Source: Octopus vulgaris (lineage: Eukaryota). From it: a stretch of DNA of 64,000 nt. The translations under genes were made by a program, and so were the position numbers. Below the pieces are notes generated by a model, which ran no database searches, was not told the origin of the DNA, and was given only the letters and a program-made list of their open reading frames with translations. The DNA lies in assembly GCA_951406725.2 (NCBI GenBank), contig OX597816.1, positions 132,804,001 to 132,868,000 of the forward strand, given 5' to 3'. Shown piece after piece: positions 52,155 to 63,139 of the stretch (position 1 is the first letter of the stretch; the number at the start of each line of letters is the position of its first letter).

Positions 52155-53569
52155 CTGAAAAAGAAAACAAGGACAACATTTACAAAAACCTGATGAATAG
52201 TTATAAAATTTTAGCACAAGATATAACAATTTGCATTAAGAGAGTTAAAAGTAAAACTGTCAGAGGACTGTCACACCTATTTCTACTTCAAACTAAAGAC
52301 CATGTCACTCAGAAATAATTGCTGGAATTTGGAGTAGAAAATTTTGATGGTAAATAAAAAGGTAGCAGGAAGGAAGACAATCAGATTATCTCTAATGGTG
52401 GAATCACAGATATAAGATAGATAAAATTGCATCTTAATGGCTAGAAAAGATATCAGTTTAATTAATTGCTAAATGATACCCACATTGAAGTGCTGTTCAA
52501 AAATCTGGGCTAGTATTGCTTGCTGCTTTGTATAAAAACACTTAAAACTGTTTATTGTTATCCTAAATCGCTTCTAAAGCAAACCTGGAGATCTGTTTTG
52601 GAAGCAATTTAAAATATTTTTATGTATATTTCCTGGATGATAGTCAAAAACTCACTCTATGACATCCCGCAACCTGTAGCTAACATATTCGTTGTTTCTG
52701 CTCCTTATCTTGCAGAAAGTGAATATAAATATATTCCTGGATATGATTCTAGACTGTTACATATAACATTCCTAAAACTGAAACTGACAAGGTTTACCAT
52801 CGATTTAAGAAAGTTTGTATCTAATGAATGTGAAGGCACATGGTTTAGTGATTAGGATATTTGGCTCAATGTCATAAAGTCTTGAGTTCAATTCCTAGCA
52901 GTGCATTGTGTTTTTGACCACGATACTTTATTTCATGCCTACTCAGTTGGCAAAGAGGAATCGTACCTGCAATTCTGTGTCTCACTGAATCTCACTAAGA
53001 ACTACATCAATCCTTTGGAGACAGCCTCATTTGGAGTTTCAATGCCAAGAAGATGGAGCCCTTTTCACAAGCTCTACAGAAGGCATGCACTTATTTTTCA
53101 AGAAAATTATAAAATATAGAGTAATTACTTTACATATATAAAACTATATATATTATTGTAGGAAATTGAATGAACTAATACACTATTCTTTGTCATTTGA
53201 CTTTTTGACTGATAGAGAGGCATTGTCGTCTCCTAAAGGTTATGGGTACACATGTTTGTGAAGTGCTCATCCACTTGCATGCTAATTTCACAAGCAGGCT
53301 GTTTGGTTGATTGAATCAACTGGAACTCGTGTTGTTGTAATTGATGAAGAGCCAGACCATCCAATGGGAAGATGATGCTGATGTATCAGAACTGATATGG
53401 GGCTTTGTGAGGAGAATAAACTTTTTAAAATTCTTTCTGAGAAAAAATTTCTTTCTCCCTTAGAAAGAGTTGCTTGTGAAAAAGTCACTTGTGAAAGAGT
53501 TGCTTATGAATGAGTCACCTGTGAAACATTGATATTATTTTCTCCTCATAACATACAAATTCTCTTTTT

Positions 53570-53965
53570 TTTCTTTTACTTGTTTCAGTCATTTGACTGT
53601 GACCATGCTGGAGCACCACCTTTAGTCGAGCAAATCGACCCCAGGACTTATTCTTTGTAAGCCTAGTACTTATTCTATCGGTCTCTTTTGCCGAACCGCT
53701 AAGTTACAGGGACGTAAACACACCAGCATTGGTTGTCAAGTGATGTTGGGGTGACAAACACAAACACACACAACACACACACACGCATATATATACATAT
53801 ATACGACGGGCTTCTTTCAGTTTCCATCTACCAAATCCACTCACAAGGCTTTGGTTGGCCCAGGGCTATAATAGATGACACTTGCCCAAGATGCCACACA
53901 GTGGGACTGAACCTGGAACCATGTGGTTGGTAAGCAAGCTACTTACTACACAGCCACTCCTACAC
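53570..53965 (-). mobile_element. Well-preserved full-length tRNA-head SINE (3' fragment also at ~41868-41955)
   Basis: Minus: GGAGTGGCTGTGTAGTAAG A-box, GGTTCAGTCCC B-box, internal (TG)n, tail GACTGAAACAAGTAAAAGAA. Confidence 0.85.
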
Positions 53966-54172
53966 CAAATGACCTAAACTTGCGAACTTCTCTTTGTGAA
54001 TTTCACTGGTAAGCATTACTGCCAGTTGGATCAAACTCTAGTGTCTTATGAGATGAAATTGAATCAAGTACATAGACACAAAATAGATTCAAGCATCAAA
54101 TTTTAAGCTTACAAACCATAAACCTTACACACTAAGAGACCTGAAAGAAGTCAATACAAAAAAATTACTTAC

Positions 54173-54384
54173 TTTTTGGCGAAAGATTAGCTTATATACA
54201 TTCCGAGCAAACATGGAAGCTGCTGAAAGAATAGAAGAATCTGCTGAAGACATGACGGCAGCAGATATAGCTCCTAAACCGAAAAATGAAACGAAATCAG
54301 GACACATATACTGCAAACAGAGAGGCAAGACAAGTTTTAAGTTCTTTCCTTCTGGAGCTTGTCCGTATTCAGTCTGGTTCCAGT
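54173..54384 (-). CDS. SLC5A7: Choline transporter internal exon
   Basis: AG/GT bounded, 212 nt. (D)WNQTEYG...[10 protein letters not shown]...[29 protein letters not shown]. Confidence 0.97.
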
Positions 54385-54507
54385 CTGAAAAGAAAGAAAA
54401 CATATTTAAGACATTAAGAACATGATATATACATACATGCATGCATATATAAACACACATACATGTATGCATGCATACATACATATACACATGCACACAT
54501 ACATACA

Positions 54508-54900
54508 TGGTGAATTAATGTGGAACTTACAGCTCTGGTACCCTGACTATGAATTCTCATTTGTACCTATCATCACAGGTGCATTAGGCTATGTACCAAT
54601 AAAATTTGCACAAAACCTAGAAATACCCAGTTTCATGGAAAAAGAGCAAAAAAAAAAAAAATCTGACGCAGATTCTCCTAATCCAATCTGTTAGTGGCAC
54701 AGTGAAGATTTGTAAAACATTCCAAAAATTCTCCATCTGAGATTCTTATGTGAATAGATGCACACACTTGGGTGTATGCATCTATAGTTCAACCAATGCA
54801 CCAACTCAACCGCATATTTACATATTTCTTAACTAAAAGTTTTGTTGTTTTGTTAGTGAATGGCTTGAACTCTCTCTCAAAAAGAACCTAAATTAAACAT
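54508..54900 (+). mobile_element. 3' fragment of an R4/Dong-like non-LTR retrotransposon
   Basis: [30 protein letters not shown], then after a frameshift IQSVSGTVKICKTFQKFSI*. Resembles the C-terminus of restriction-like-endonuclease elements. Flanked by (TACA)n-type repeats. Confidence 0.6.
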
Positions 54901-55124
54901 ACATACACACACATATATGTATTTACGCAACAAAGATTAATAAAGCTATAATAAGTATCATACACCATAAATTCTTGATTCATTGAAATTATTTCTGCTT
55001 AGAGAGAAAGTAAAGCAGTTACCTCCAAATAAGAATAGGAGATTATTTCAAGAATCAAAATATTTCCAAAATTGATATGCCATCAAGGAAAGGCATTCTG
55101 ATTGTCTATTGACATAAAAAAACA

Positions 55125-55169
55125 GCTGTGGACATGTGTTTCTGTCTCAATAGATGTCCTCAGCTCAGC
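55125..55169 (-). ncRNA. Minimal type I hammerhead motif, CpG-decayed
   Basis: Minus: GCTGAG CTGAGGA CATCT attg AGACA GAAAC ACAT GTC CACAGC. Restoring three CA to CG gives a perfect stem II and a palindromic ACGT loop. Confidence 0.7.
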
Positions 55170-56585
55170 AGTTGCACTAACTTATTTCCAACAGATGACA
55201 TACTTATATATATAAGTACAAACATGTAAGAGAAAATAATCAATTAATGTAGGAGAATATATTCCTCCTATCAAGAATTAAGTGCCAGTGTTTAGATGAT
55301 CGTTGACAAAATAGATATAGTTCTGAAAGGGCAAGAAGCTTCAAATCACTTTGATAACAAGGAAGTTTAAATGTCAGAAATTGTCAACAGTTTTAAAAGT
55401 TATTAAATGTAAGCTTCCTTGTTCCCATTCAAATCTTCTTGGATTAGATGCGATATGTATATTCTATACATATCACATAATCAGATTGTTGTTTAGCCCA
55501 TGGCAGCCTTAATCAAGCAGACCTCTGATTAAAAGTCGTTCATGTACAGGCTATCTCATTTCATCTTTTTTACAGATACATCATCATCATCATTTAACGT
55601 CCATCTTCCATGCTAGCATGGGTGGGACAGTTCCGCATGAGCTGGCCAGGTTGAAGCCTGCACCAGACTTCTGTGACTGTTTTGGCAGGATTTTTACAGC
55701 TGGATACACTTCCTAATGCCAACCACTCAGCAGATTGGTCTTAGTGCTTTTTACATAGCACAAGCACAGGCTAGGTGAGTAGTGCTTTTTTCCAGCAGGT
55801 AACACACATATATAAGTACAAATATGTAAGAGAAAACACTCAATTAATGTAGGAGAATACATTCTTCCTATCCATTCTGTCTAAAATGATATTATCTAAT
55901 GTCTTTCATTTTTTAAGATGACAGAGTACAATTTGAACGAGATTTAGCCGCTAATTCTAGTAGATGCTCGCTATGGTCCTGGGTTTCAGGGACTTTCTAA
56001 ATGACTTTTTAGTCTTTCAGACTTTTTAGAGGAGAAAGAAATTCATGTGTTTTTGATGACACTTGTTCAGAACAAAGCCATCCTGAATCAATGAAATGAA
56101 CCCTATCACGTTTATTTATTGACAGCAGCCACAACATACATAGATCAGAATTAGGACCCTAAACCCATGAGGCCCCTGGACAACAGCCCAGTCTGCCTAC
56201 GCCTCAAAACAGACCTGGCTAAGGATTGTCTTGGTTGAAAAGATTTAAAGACATTATGATGTAATATAAAAGATATTATTATATTTGGGGATGGGCATAT
56301 TTTACCAATTAAACATGCATACTACAAATTTGGCTTTCACTTCAGCTTTATTACTATTATTTTAGTTTCTTTTCTGTCACACATTCTGAGGAGACACATG
56401 GCATAGAGAGTTACTGAAGAGGTCACAGAATGTGTGACCATCCCCAAATGTAACAATATCTGTTTCAACACACGATTTTACATCAAGAATTTTGTAAAAA
56501 CAAATACATAAAAGGTATGTTTTATTAGATAACATTAATATATTAAAACGTTCCTTTGTGCAACTTTGTGAAACATTTGTTTTAC

Positions 56586-56715
56586 CTGTGGAGGCAGCAA
56601 CAGCACCAAAGAGGATAGCAGGGAGAGCCATAATGATGCACCCAAAAGCTGCAATATATGACAGCATTTTTGCTTTAAATGCTGACTTGGATGATAGTAC
56701 ACGTTGGAAATAAGC
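56586..56715 (-). CDS. SLC5A7: Choline transporter internal exon
   Basis: AG/GT bounded, 130 nt. [43 protein letters not shown]. Confidence 0.96.
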
Positions 56716-56994
56716 CTGGAAAACAAGAAGGTAAATAGATGTTAATTACAGTAAGTTTCATGAAGAAGGTAAGATTTTTTCATTCAAGTTTTTTTAAAAA
56801 ACATTTATGATCACTTTATCAATAATATAAACAAGATAAAAACTAAGAGAAAGAGAGAGAGAGAGTGAAGGAAAGGCAGAGAATGTATTTTCTTGTTAAA
56901 ATTATAAAAACAAACGGTGTTCAATGATTGACTTCAAGCTAGAATCAAAGCTTGGACAATACTAACTGAGAGAATGTTAAGTCATACTGTTATA

Positions 56995-58204
56995 TTGGGT
57001 TGGCAAGAAAGTAATTTCGATTTTTTAGTGTGAAATAAAAGTCATTTTTCTTCTTACAAAGAATGAACTTTAATCAATTATATATTTTCCATTTTGTTTG
57101 ATGAACTTTCACCATCTTTCTGGCAACTTCTTGATTCCACACACATAGAACTTCTTGTCCTCGTGTGGTTTCAGGTCATCATCATTATTAAAAGTTTTAC
57201 CATTCAAAGAATTTTACAAACTTCGAAATAAATGGTAATCTGGGAGCTATAAGATAGATGTGACATCACTTCCCAACCAAGCTCCAATAATTTTTCATGA
57301 GTTAGCAAAGATGCATGTGATCTAGCATTGTCACGGAGGAACACAATTCCTTCCTGATTTGCCCTGATTTGCCTATTCAGGCTATTTTTCTTTGATTGCT
57401 TCCTCCAGTTTCATTAGTTGTTGACAGTAAATATCTGAATTGATCATTTGGTTCCTTGGAAGCAGTTCAAAATACACAAAACCTTTGTAATCCCACCAAA
57501 ATTGACAGCATGACCTTTTTTGATGCAATTCAGCTTTCAATCTGGTTTGTGCTGGTCCACTACACTTGGAATATGATCGTTTTTGATTGATGTTATTGTA
57601 GACAATCCCTTTTTTTATTACCAGCGATGATGCATTTAAAAAAGAAAGTTGATTTCATTGCATTTGGGATGCATATCACAAATATTGATTCGTGTTAAGT
57701 GAACCTCTTTCAATTTATGTGGAACCCATATATTGACCTTCTTAACGAGTCCAAACATTTTAAGTGATTTTCAGTTGTTGTGTGTGATACATTTAACCTC
57801 TCTGTAATCTCTTACACAGTTATGACAATCAGATTCAATTACAGCTTTGATTCGGTCATCATCAACTTCAGTAGGTTGACCAGAACTTTGGTCATCTTTG
57901 AGTGAAAAATCGCCAGAATGGGATTTTTAAAACTATTTCTGACATGTGTGTTCTGTTAAGCAATCAACACCATAAACTTCACATATCTCTTTGTGAGCCT
58001 CAGCAGCTTTTTTGTCTTTATGGAGATAAAAAAGCAAAATATGGCGAAAATGATCGTTTTTGCATTCCATGTTATAATTAACACTGAAACAAAAATTACA
58101 CACAATATACTTCTAAAGTAGACTAAAAGTAACAGCTATCAAATATCAGAAGGAAAAAAAATCATAACATTGCAGAAAATGAAATTGCTTTCTTGCCAAC
58201 CCAA
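56995..58204 (-). mobile_element. Full-length decayed mariner (1210 bp)
   Basis: TA-flanked TIRs TTGGGTTGGCAAGAAAGTAATTTC / GAAATTGCTTTCTTGCCAACCCAA. Minus-strand WVPHKL, DNARSH, DYHLFRSL. Confidence 0.92.
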
Positions 58205-58417
58205 TATATTATTGAAAATATTTTTGACAAAGTTTGTGGTTTAAGTTTTGCTTGGAGTAAAAACTATTATTGCATCTATTGCCTCATGCTTGCACAGGAA
58301 ACAGCAGAGGAAAAGTATCTATGTTAAATAAAGTACAAGTGGTCAAATATTTTCAGTCATTTGCACTGGTAAAACATGCAGAGAACCATTGGATATCTTT
58401 TTGAAATATAATTGTTT

Positions 58418-58620
58418 GATAAAGCAGTATTATTCACAAATAACTATGATGCGACTGTGTCTGATAAGGTGCTGTTATATTTGACAAAGCACCATCATTC
58501 ACAAATGTCTGATAATGTGCTAGTATTTACAAATATATGATAAAGATGCTCTTATTCACAAATGTCTGTTAAGGTGATATTATTTATAAGTGTCTGGTAA
58601 AAAAATGCTATTATTCAAAA
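58418..58620. repeat. Decayed ~29-30-bp minisatellite (TGTCTGATAAGGTGCT.TTATTCACAAA)
   Basis: About six imperfect units visible. Confidence 0.7.
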
Positions 58621-58691
58621 TTTTATTTTTTTGCAGTGAAAATAAAAAAAATATAAATGTATAATTAAAATGAAAATAGAAGTTATCTTAC

Positions 58692-58844
58692 CTGCCAAGG
58701 AATTCCTCCAAATATCAGTAAGAGATAGCTGTCAGTATAACTGCCAATATATTTGGCATCAACACCTTTAATCCAGTTAGTTGTGGCATTAATTGCAATG
58801 TTGTGAGCTGCTTTATGGGTCATGGCAAAAGGAAGAGAAATCCA
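58692..58844 (-). CDS. SLC5A7: Choline transporter internal exon (missed by the ORF track)
   Basis: AG/GT bounded, 153 nt. WISLPFAMTHKAAHNIAINATTNWIKGVDAKYIGSYTDSYLLLIFGGIPWQ. Confidence 0.96.
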
Positions 58845-60151
58845 CTGTAAAAAAGAGACAAATTTTAATTAGCTATTTCTGTCATCTCTTTAAAAGAAAG
58901 GTCTTGGTGTTAAGTCCTAAACTCTTCTGTATTTTTTTTTTTTAAATATATCTTCCAGATAAGGTGGTGAGCTGGCAGAATCAGTAACATACAAGACAAA
59001 ATCCTTAGAAACATTTAACCTGGCTTTACATTCTAAGTTCAAATTTCACCAAGGTTAGCTTTGACTTTCACCCTTTCAGGGTCGATAAAATAAGAATCAG
59101 TCAATTGCTGGCCTTTTTACCAAAATTTGAAACCACTATATCTTTCAGATAAATCAACAGAAACATCTGTCTAGAAGTTCATGGATACTTGCACAAGAAA
59201 CTGGAATAGATACAGTGAGACATTTCAATCTGAAACCTTAACCATAAACTGATGTATTCTCCAAACAAAGAAGCACACAGCCATATCATACAGAAAACAT
59301 CAGTTCTCATCCGATCATCAAAGTTAAGTATGTTTTTTTTTTGGCTGCTTTTGCAGATTCCTATAATTTTCTGTTGCCATCCAATTCCTCTGCTCAGTAT
59401 CAATGTAAGAAGCACTGTTGGCTCAGTTGGATTCTGCTATTTCTTCACAATCTGCCATGTTGCGATCCAATGACATTGTATCCCTGGCAGGCTGGCCAAA
59501 TGGGTGCTATACCTTGCCAAACAGCAACCCATAACTATGCAGGGCATGGTCATTATTCTGTGAGGTGTTTTCAAAATACCTACATACCCAGTACTTAAAT
59601 GAGTACTTGAGAAACTCAGGTGCTGTAAGTATCTAGTTTGAATTGCTGATTCAATATTATAACTAATTATAATATTATAATACCATTGCTTAGCTTTTGG
59701 TTGCCTTTAGTGGAGTCCACTTTGTTACAGGCATTTGAAGCAAGTTTTATAATAAAGTCTGATAATGACTTCTTCCTTCCTCCAACTATTTAAGAAGCCC
59801 TGAACAGGGCTATTGTTCCTAATCTTCCCACCCTGACTGATCTGTTAAAGAAAATAGTGATACTGTGTGCAATCTCATTGCATCTCAAATTAGAAGATAT
59901 TTCTTCCTTAAAGAGAGGCAGCTTCTGGAATGGAGGATATAATTCAGACTCAAAGGTAGATTCAGCCATTTGAGGAAGAGAGAACAATAAAATGAACATC
60001 GAATTAAATACTGAAATCAACATAATGACTCAAAACCTTTAAAAGCAATCACTGAATTATGGCTCTAGCATGACCATAACCCAGTGAATAAAAACCAAAT
60101 AATGATAAAAGGAATAAACTCAGTAATCAAAAGAATCATATGTTCACTTAC

Positions 60152-60300
60152 CAGGCCCAAAAAGATGAAAAACAGTTGGAGCACATCTGTATAGGCGACT
60201 GAATAGAGTCCACCAAAAAGTGTGTAGAATATGGCAATACAAGCTGAGACAATGATGGATATGTTTGTATCAAGCTCAAGAATTACTGCCAAAGTGGCAC
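60152..60300 (-). CDS. SLC5A7: Choline transporter internal exon
   Basis: AG/GT bounded, 149 nt. (G)[10 protein letters not shown]...[25 protein letters not shown]. Confidence 0.97.
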
Positions 60301-60524
60301 CTGAAGTAAAAAGAAGGAACAAAAATATTATATGTAATGTCTCTAATAACTTAATTCTTCTTTCGTTTTTAAAAAAAAATTTTTATCATTTGATCTTGAA
60401 GGAATAACTAGAAATACATTTCTATTTTACAGATTTATTTACAACATTTGAAATTATGATATATGTTTAGAGTATGGAATATACATTCATGATTGCATAT
60501 ACAATACACTCACATACATGCATT

Positions 60525-60581
<57 letters not shown>

Positions 60582-60666
60582 GAAATTTACAAAAAGCAAA
60601 AGATGAAGACAGGTGTATAAACAACAAACAGGTGTATTAGTTTAACACTCAGGAGGGTGAGAAAGT

Positions 60667-60702
60667 CTTTTATGTTTCAAGCCTATGCTCTTCAACAGAA
60701 AG
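60667..60702 (-). ncRNA. Variant or decayed ultra-minimal hammerhead-like motif within a repeat at ~60579-60750
   Basis: Minus: CTTT CTGTTGA A GAGC atag GCTT GAAAC ATA AAAG. Stems I and II present; core A6 is U; ACAT in place of ACGT. Confidence 0.45.
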
Positions 60703-60834
60703 GAACATGAGGAAATAAACAGAGAAAATAAAAAAAAGGTTTAGTGGCTAGCAATTAATCATGGCAGTTAAGGTAGTTAGACAGGAGAGCTAGGAAGAAG
60801 GGGAGATAATAAAGTATTGGTGATCCCAAAATGA

Positions 60835-61325
60835 AGATGTGTGTGCATGTGTATGTGAGAGTGTGTAAGTGTGAGCATGTGGATAGGGGCTGGTGACTTT
60901 GATATGTGGATGTGTGTGTGTGTGTGCATCTGTAATGTGTGGGTGTGTGGATAATGGTGTGGGTGCTGGAAAGTGATCAGTGCTAGTGTGTGGGGGTGGT
61001 GTGATGTGGTGTTGGGATGTGGGGGTGCGAGGGTGGGGTGTGGGGATGCGAGGGTGAGGTGTAGGGATGTGAGGGTAGGGTATGGGTTTGGATTTGGGGT
61101 GAGAATGTGGAGGTAGGGTGGGGTATGTGGGAGTGGGTTAGGGTTAGGGGTGGGGTGGGATGGAAGGGTATCAATGAAGGGAGAAGGTGGGTGGGACTGA
61201 AGAGAGGAGGTAGATGTCAGGGCAAGAGAGGAGAGGAGAGGTGGGTAGGAGTGAAGAGAGGAAGTAGGTGTGAGATGAAGAGAGGAGAGGAGGGGAGTCA
61301 GATGAAGAGGTGAGGGGAGGGGAGT
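60835..61325. repeat. Strand-asymmetric G-rich low-complexity tract (GT-rich, then GA-rich)
   Basis: Many GGG/GGGG runs and almost no C on the + strand. Confidence 0.9.
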
Positions 61326-61599
61326 TGAGCCCTTGTGGGGCAATGGAATGAAGAGACTTATAATGTGATATTATAAGTTTGATACTGTTCTCATCAAATT
61401 CTGAATTGTTCATTAATTCTGAGAGAAACTTGAAGCTTTTCACAATCTGCTCATATGGGTCCATCCTTGCTTACCTGGATTATCAAGCATTCAGAGACTT
61501 GATTTAGAACTTCTATCCTAAATTTTCCATTCCTTTCAAAGAAGCTCTATCACTTGTTCCATCTGCAAATTTCTTTGTAACAATGTGCTTGGAAACATC

Positions 61600-62589
61600 A
61601 GAATAATCTGAGGTGATATATTCACATAAACCTTTTGCTACTAATTCATAGCGTGAATGAAAAAATTAAGTTGCTTAAGCTTCATTAGTTTTGTTGTAGA
61701 TCCACCACTGTTCACAGGCTCTCTGCATTCCAGTTGACCTGTTCAGTTCAATGAATAAGCTCATCCTTGAAGATCTACACCAGTTCACTAGGGAATTGAC
61801 CCAGAAGATGAGATGTTCTCATGATAGCATTATCACCTGATGAATAAAGTTCAAAAACTCAGTGCATAGGTGCCACATGCTCTGAATAAAAGAGAAAAAC
61901 TCCAGTGTTCCTCTATTGCTACCAGTTTGCTTGCTTGACACCAGGCTACTTGTGGACACAGTATTTATACTACATTATCACTGATGATGATAAATGATAT
62001 TTTTATGTCAATACAATGCAGAGGAATGAATGGCCAAATTCCAAGACAGAGTTGTGTCCAAATAAGACAATGATCAGCATTTGGTGGGAGAGGAAGGAGC
62101 TAATCTCCTATGAAATGCATTACAATCCATGCAGAACTTCATATTCAACAAATACACTGGTTCAATGAGGCAATCCATCAGAAACAACCCAAAAGACAAC
62201 CAGTGTGCTTCTTCAACATGGCAACACTTGCCTCCATGACATTAATTTGATCATGGACACTATTCAAGAGCTCTGTTTGAAAGTCGTATATTCTCCTGAT
62301 AATGGTACCTTCATATTATCATCTGTTTTGGTTGTGCTCCAACAGTATGTGAGACATTTCATTCAATAACAATGTAGAGCAGGAAACGTGACATGATAAA
62401 TTCTTTGAATCAACACCTGGTGATTTCTACCATCAAGGCATTGACAAACTTGTGGAATGTTGGCAAGAAATAATGAATAATGAAGGAGAATATATTTTTG
62501 ACTGATTTCTTAAAATAGTTGATGAAAAATAAGGTTTATAATAAATGAGAAACAAAAAAAAAAGTGAATTAATTTATCTGACAATCCAA
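61600..62589 (+). mobile_element. Decayed mariner; left end not resolved
   Basis: Remnants *VPHAL, ITDDDK*, LLQHGN, YSPD, YHLF, FYHQGIDKLVECWQEIMNNEGEY. Right end TTTATCTGACAATCCAA|TA. Confidence 0.8.
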
Positions 62590-62663
62590 TAAATATTTAT
62601 TTTAATTCATACTTTTTTAAATTAATGTATATATATATATATAAATATAATGATTATACATAC

Positions 62664-62819
62664 CAAGAGCTGAAAGTACTGCAGCTGACCAAAACACTTC
62701 TCCAAGAAGGGCTGGCAAATACAACAAACCACCCATTCGCTCACCATATTTAATCTGGAAAGGGTCTAACATGGTAACGTAACCCTGTGTACGCATTTTT
62801 TCAGCAAAGAAAAGACCAC
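62664..62819 (-). CDS. SLC5A7: Choline transporter internal exon, most 5' in the window (missed by the ORF track)
   Basis: AG/GT bounded, 156 nt. (G)[51 protein letters not shown](G). Confidence 0.97.
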
Positions 62820-62970
62820 CTGAAAAATATGTACATAAATTTATACAAATATATGTTTAGATGATGTACTTGTGCATAATAAACACACATCTGTACACAC
62901 ACACACACGCGCGCGCAACAGCTTTTCTTAGTTCTAATATGAGCAGTCGCCATATTCTCTTCCATATCGG

Positions 62971-63053
62971 CTAACTCTGATGAGCGTAAAGTTATATAAT
63001 CAGATTTTCACCTAACACTCCATTGTATTCTGTACGTGAAATCGATTGGTAAG
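62971..63053 (+). ncRNA. Type I hammerhead ribozyme motif
   Basis: CTAACT CTGATGA GCGTA..TACGT GAA A TCGA T T GGTAAG. Intact core, 5-bp stem II, palindromic AATCGATT, AUU site, stem I 5 of 6 paired. Confidence 0.65.
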
Positions 63054-63093
63054 ATCAGCTGTGATGGATATTTAATACTAATCTTTTCAGATA

Positions 63094-63139
<46 letters not shown>

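Noticed and set aside
2651-53965. tRNA genes
   Set aside because: The A/B-box sequences are SINE heads followed by repeat bodies; no complete cloverleaf was seen.
60777-61343. 188-aa Pro/His-rich ORF
   Set aside because: Translation of the C-rich strand of a low-complexity intronic tract.
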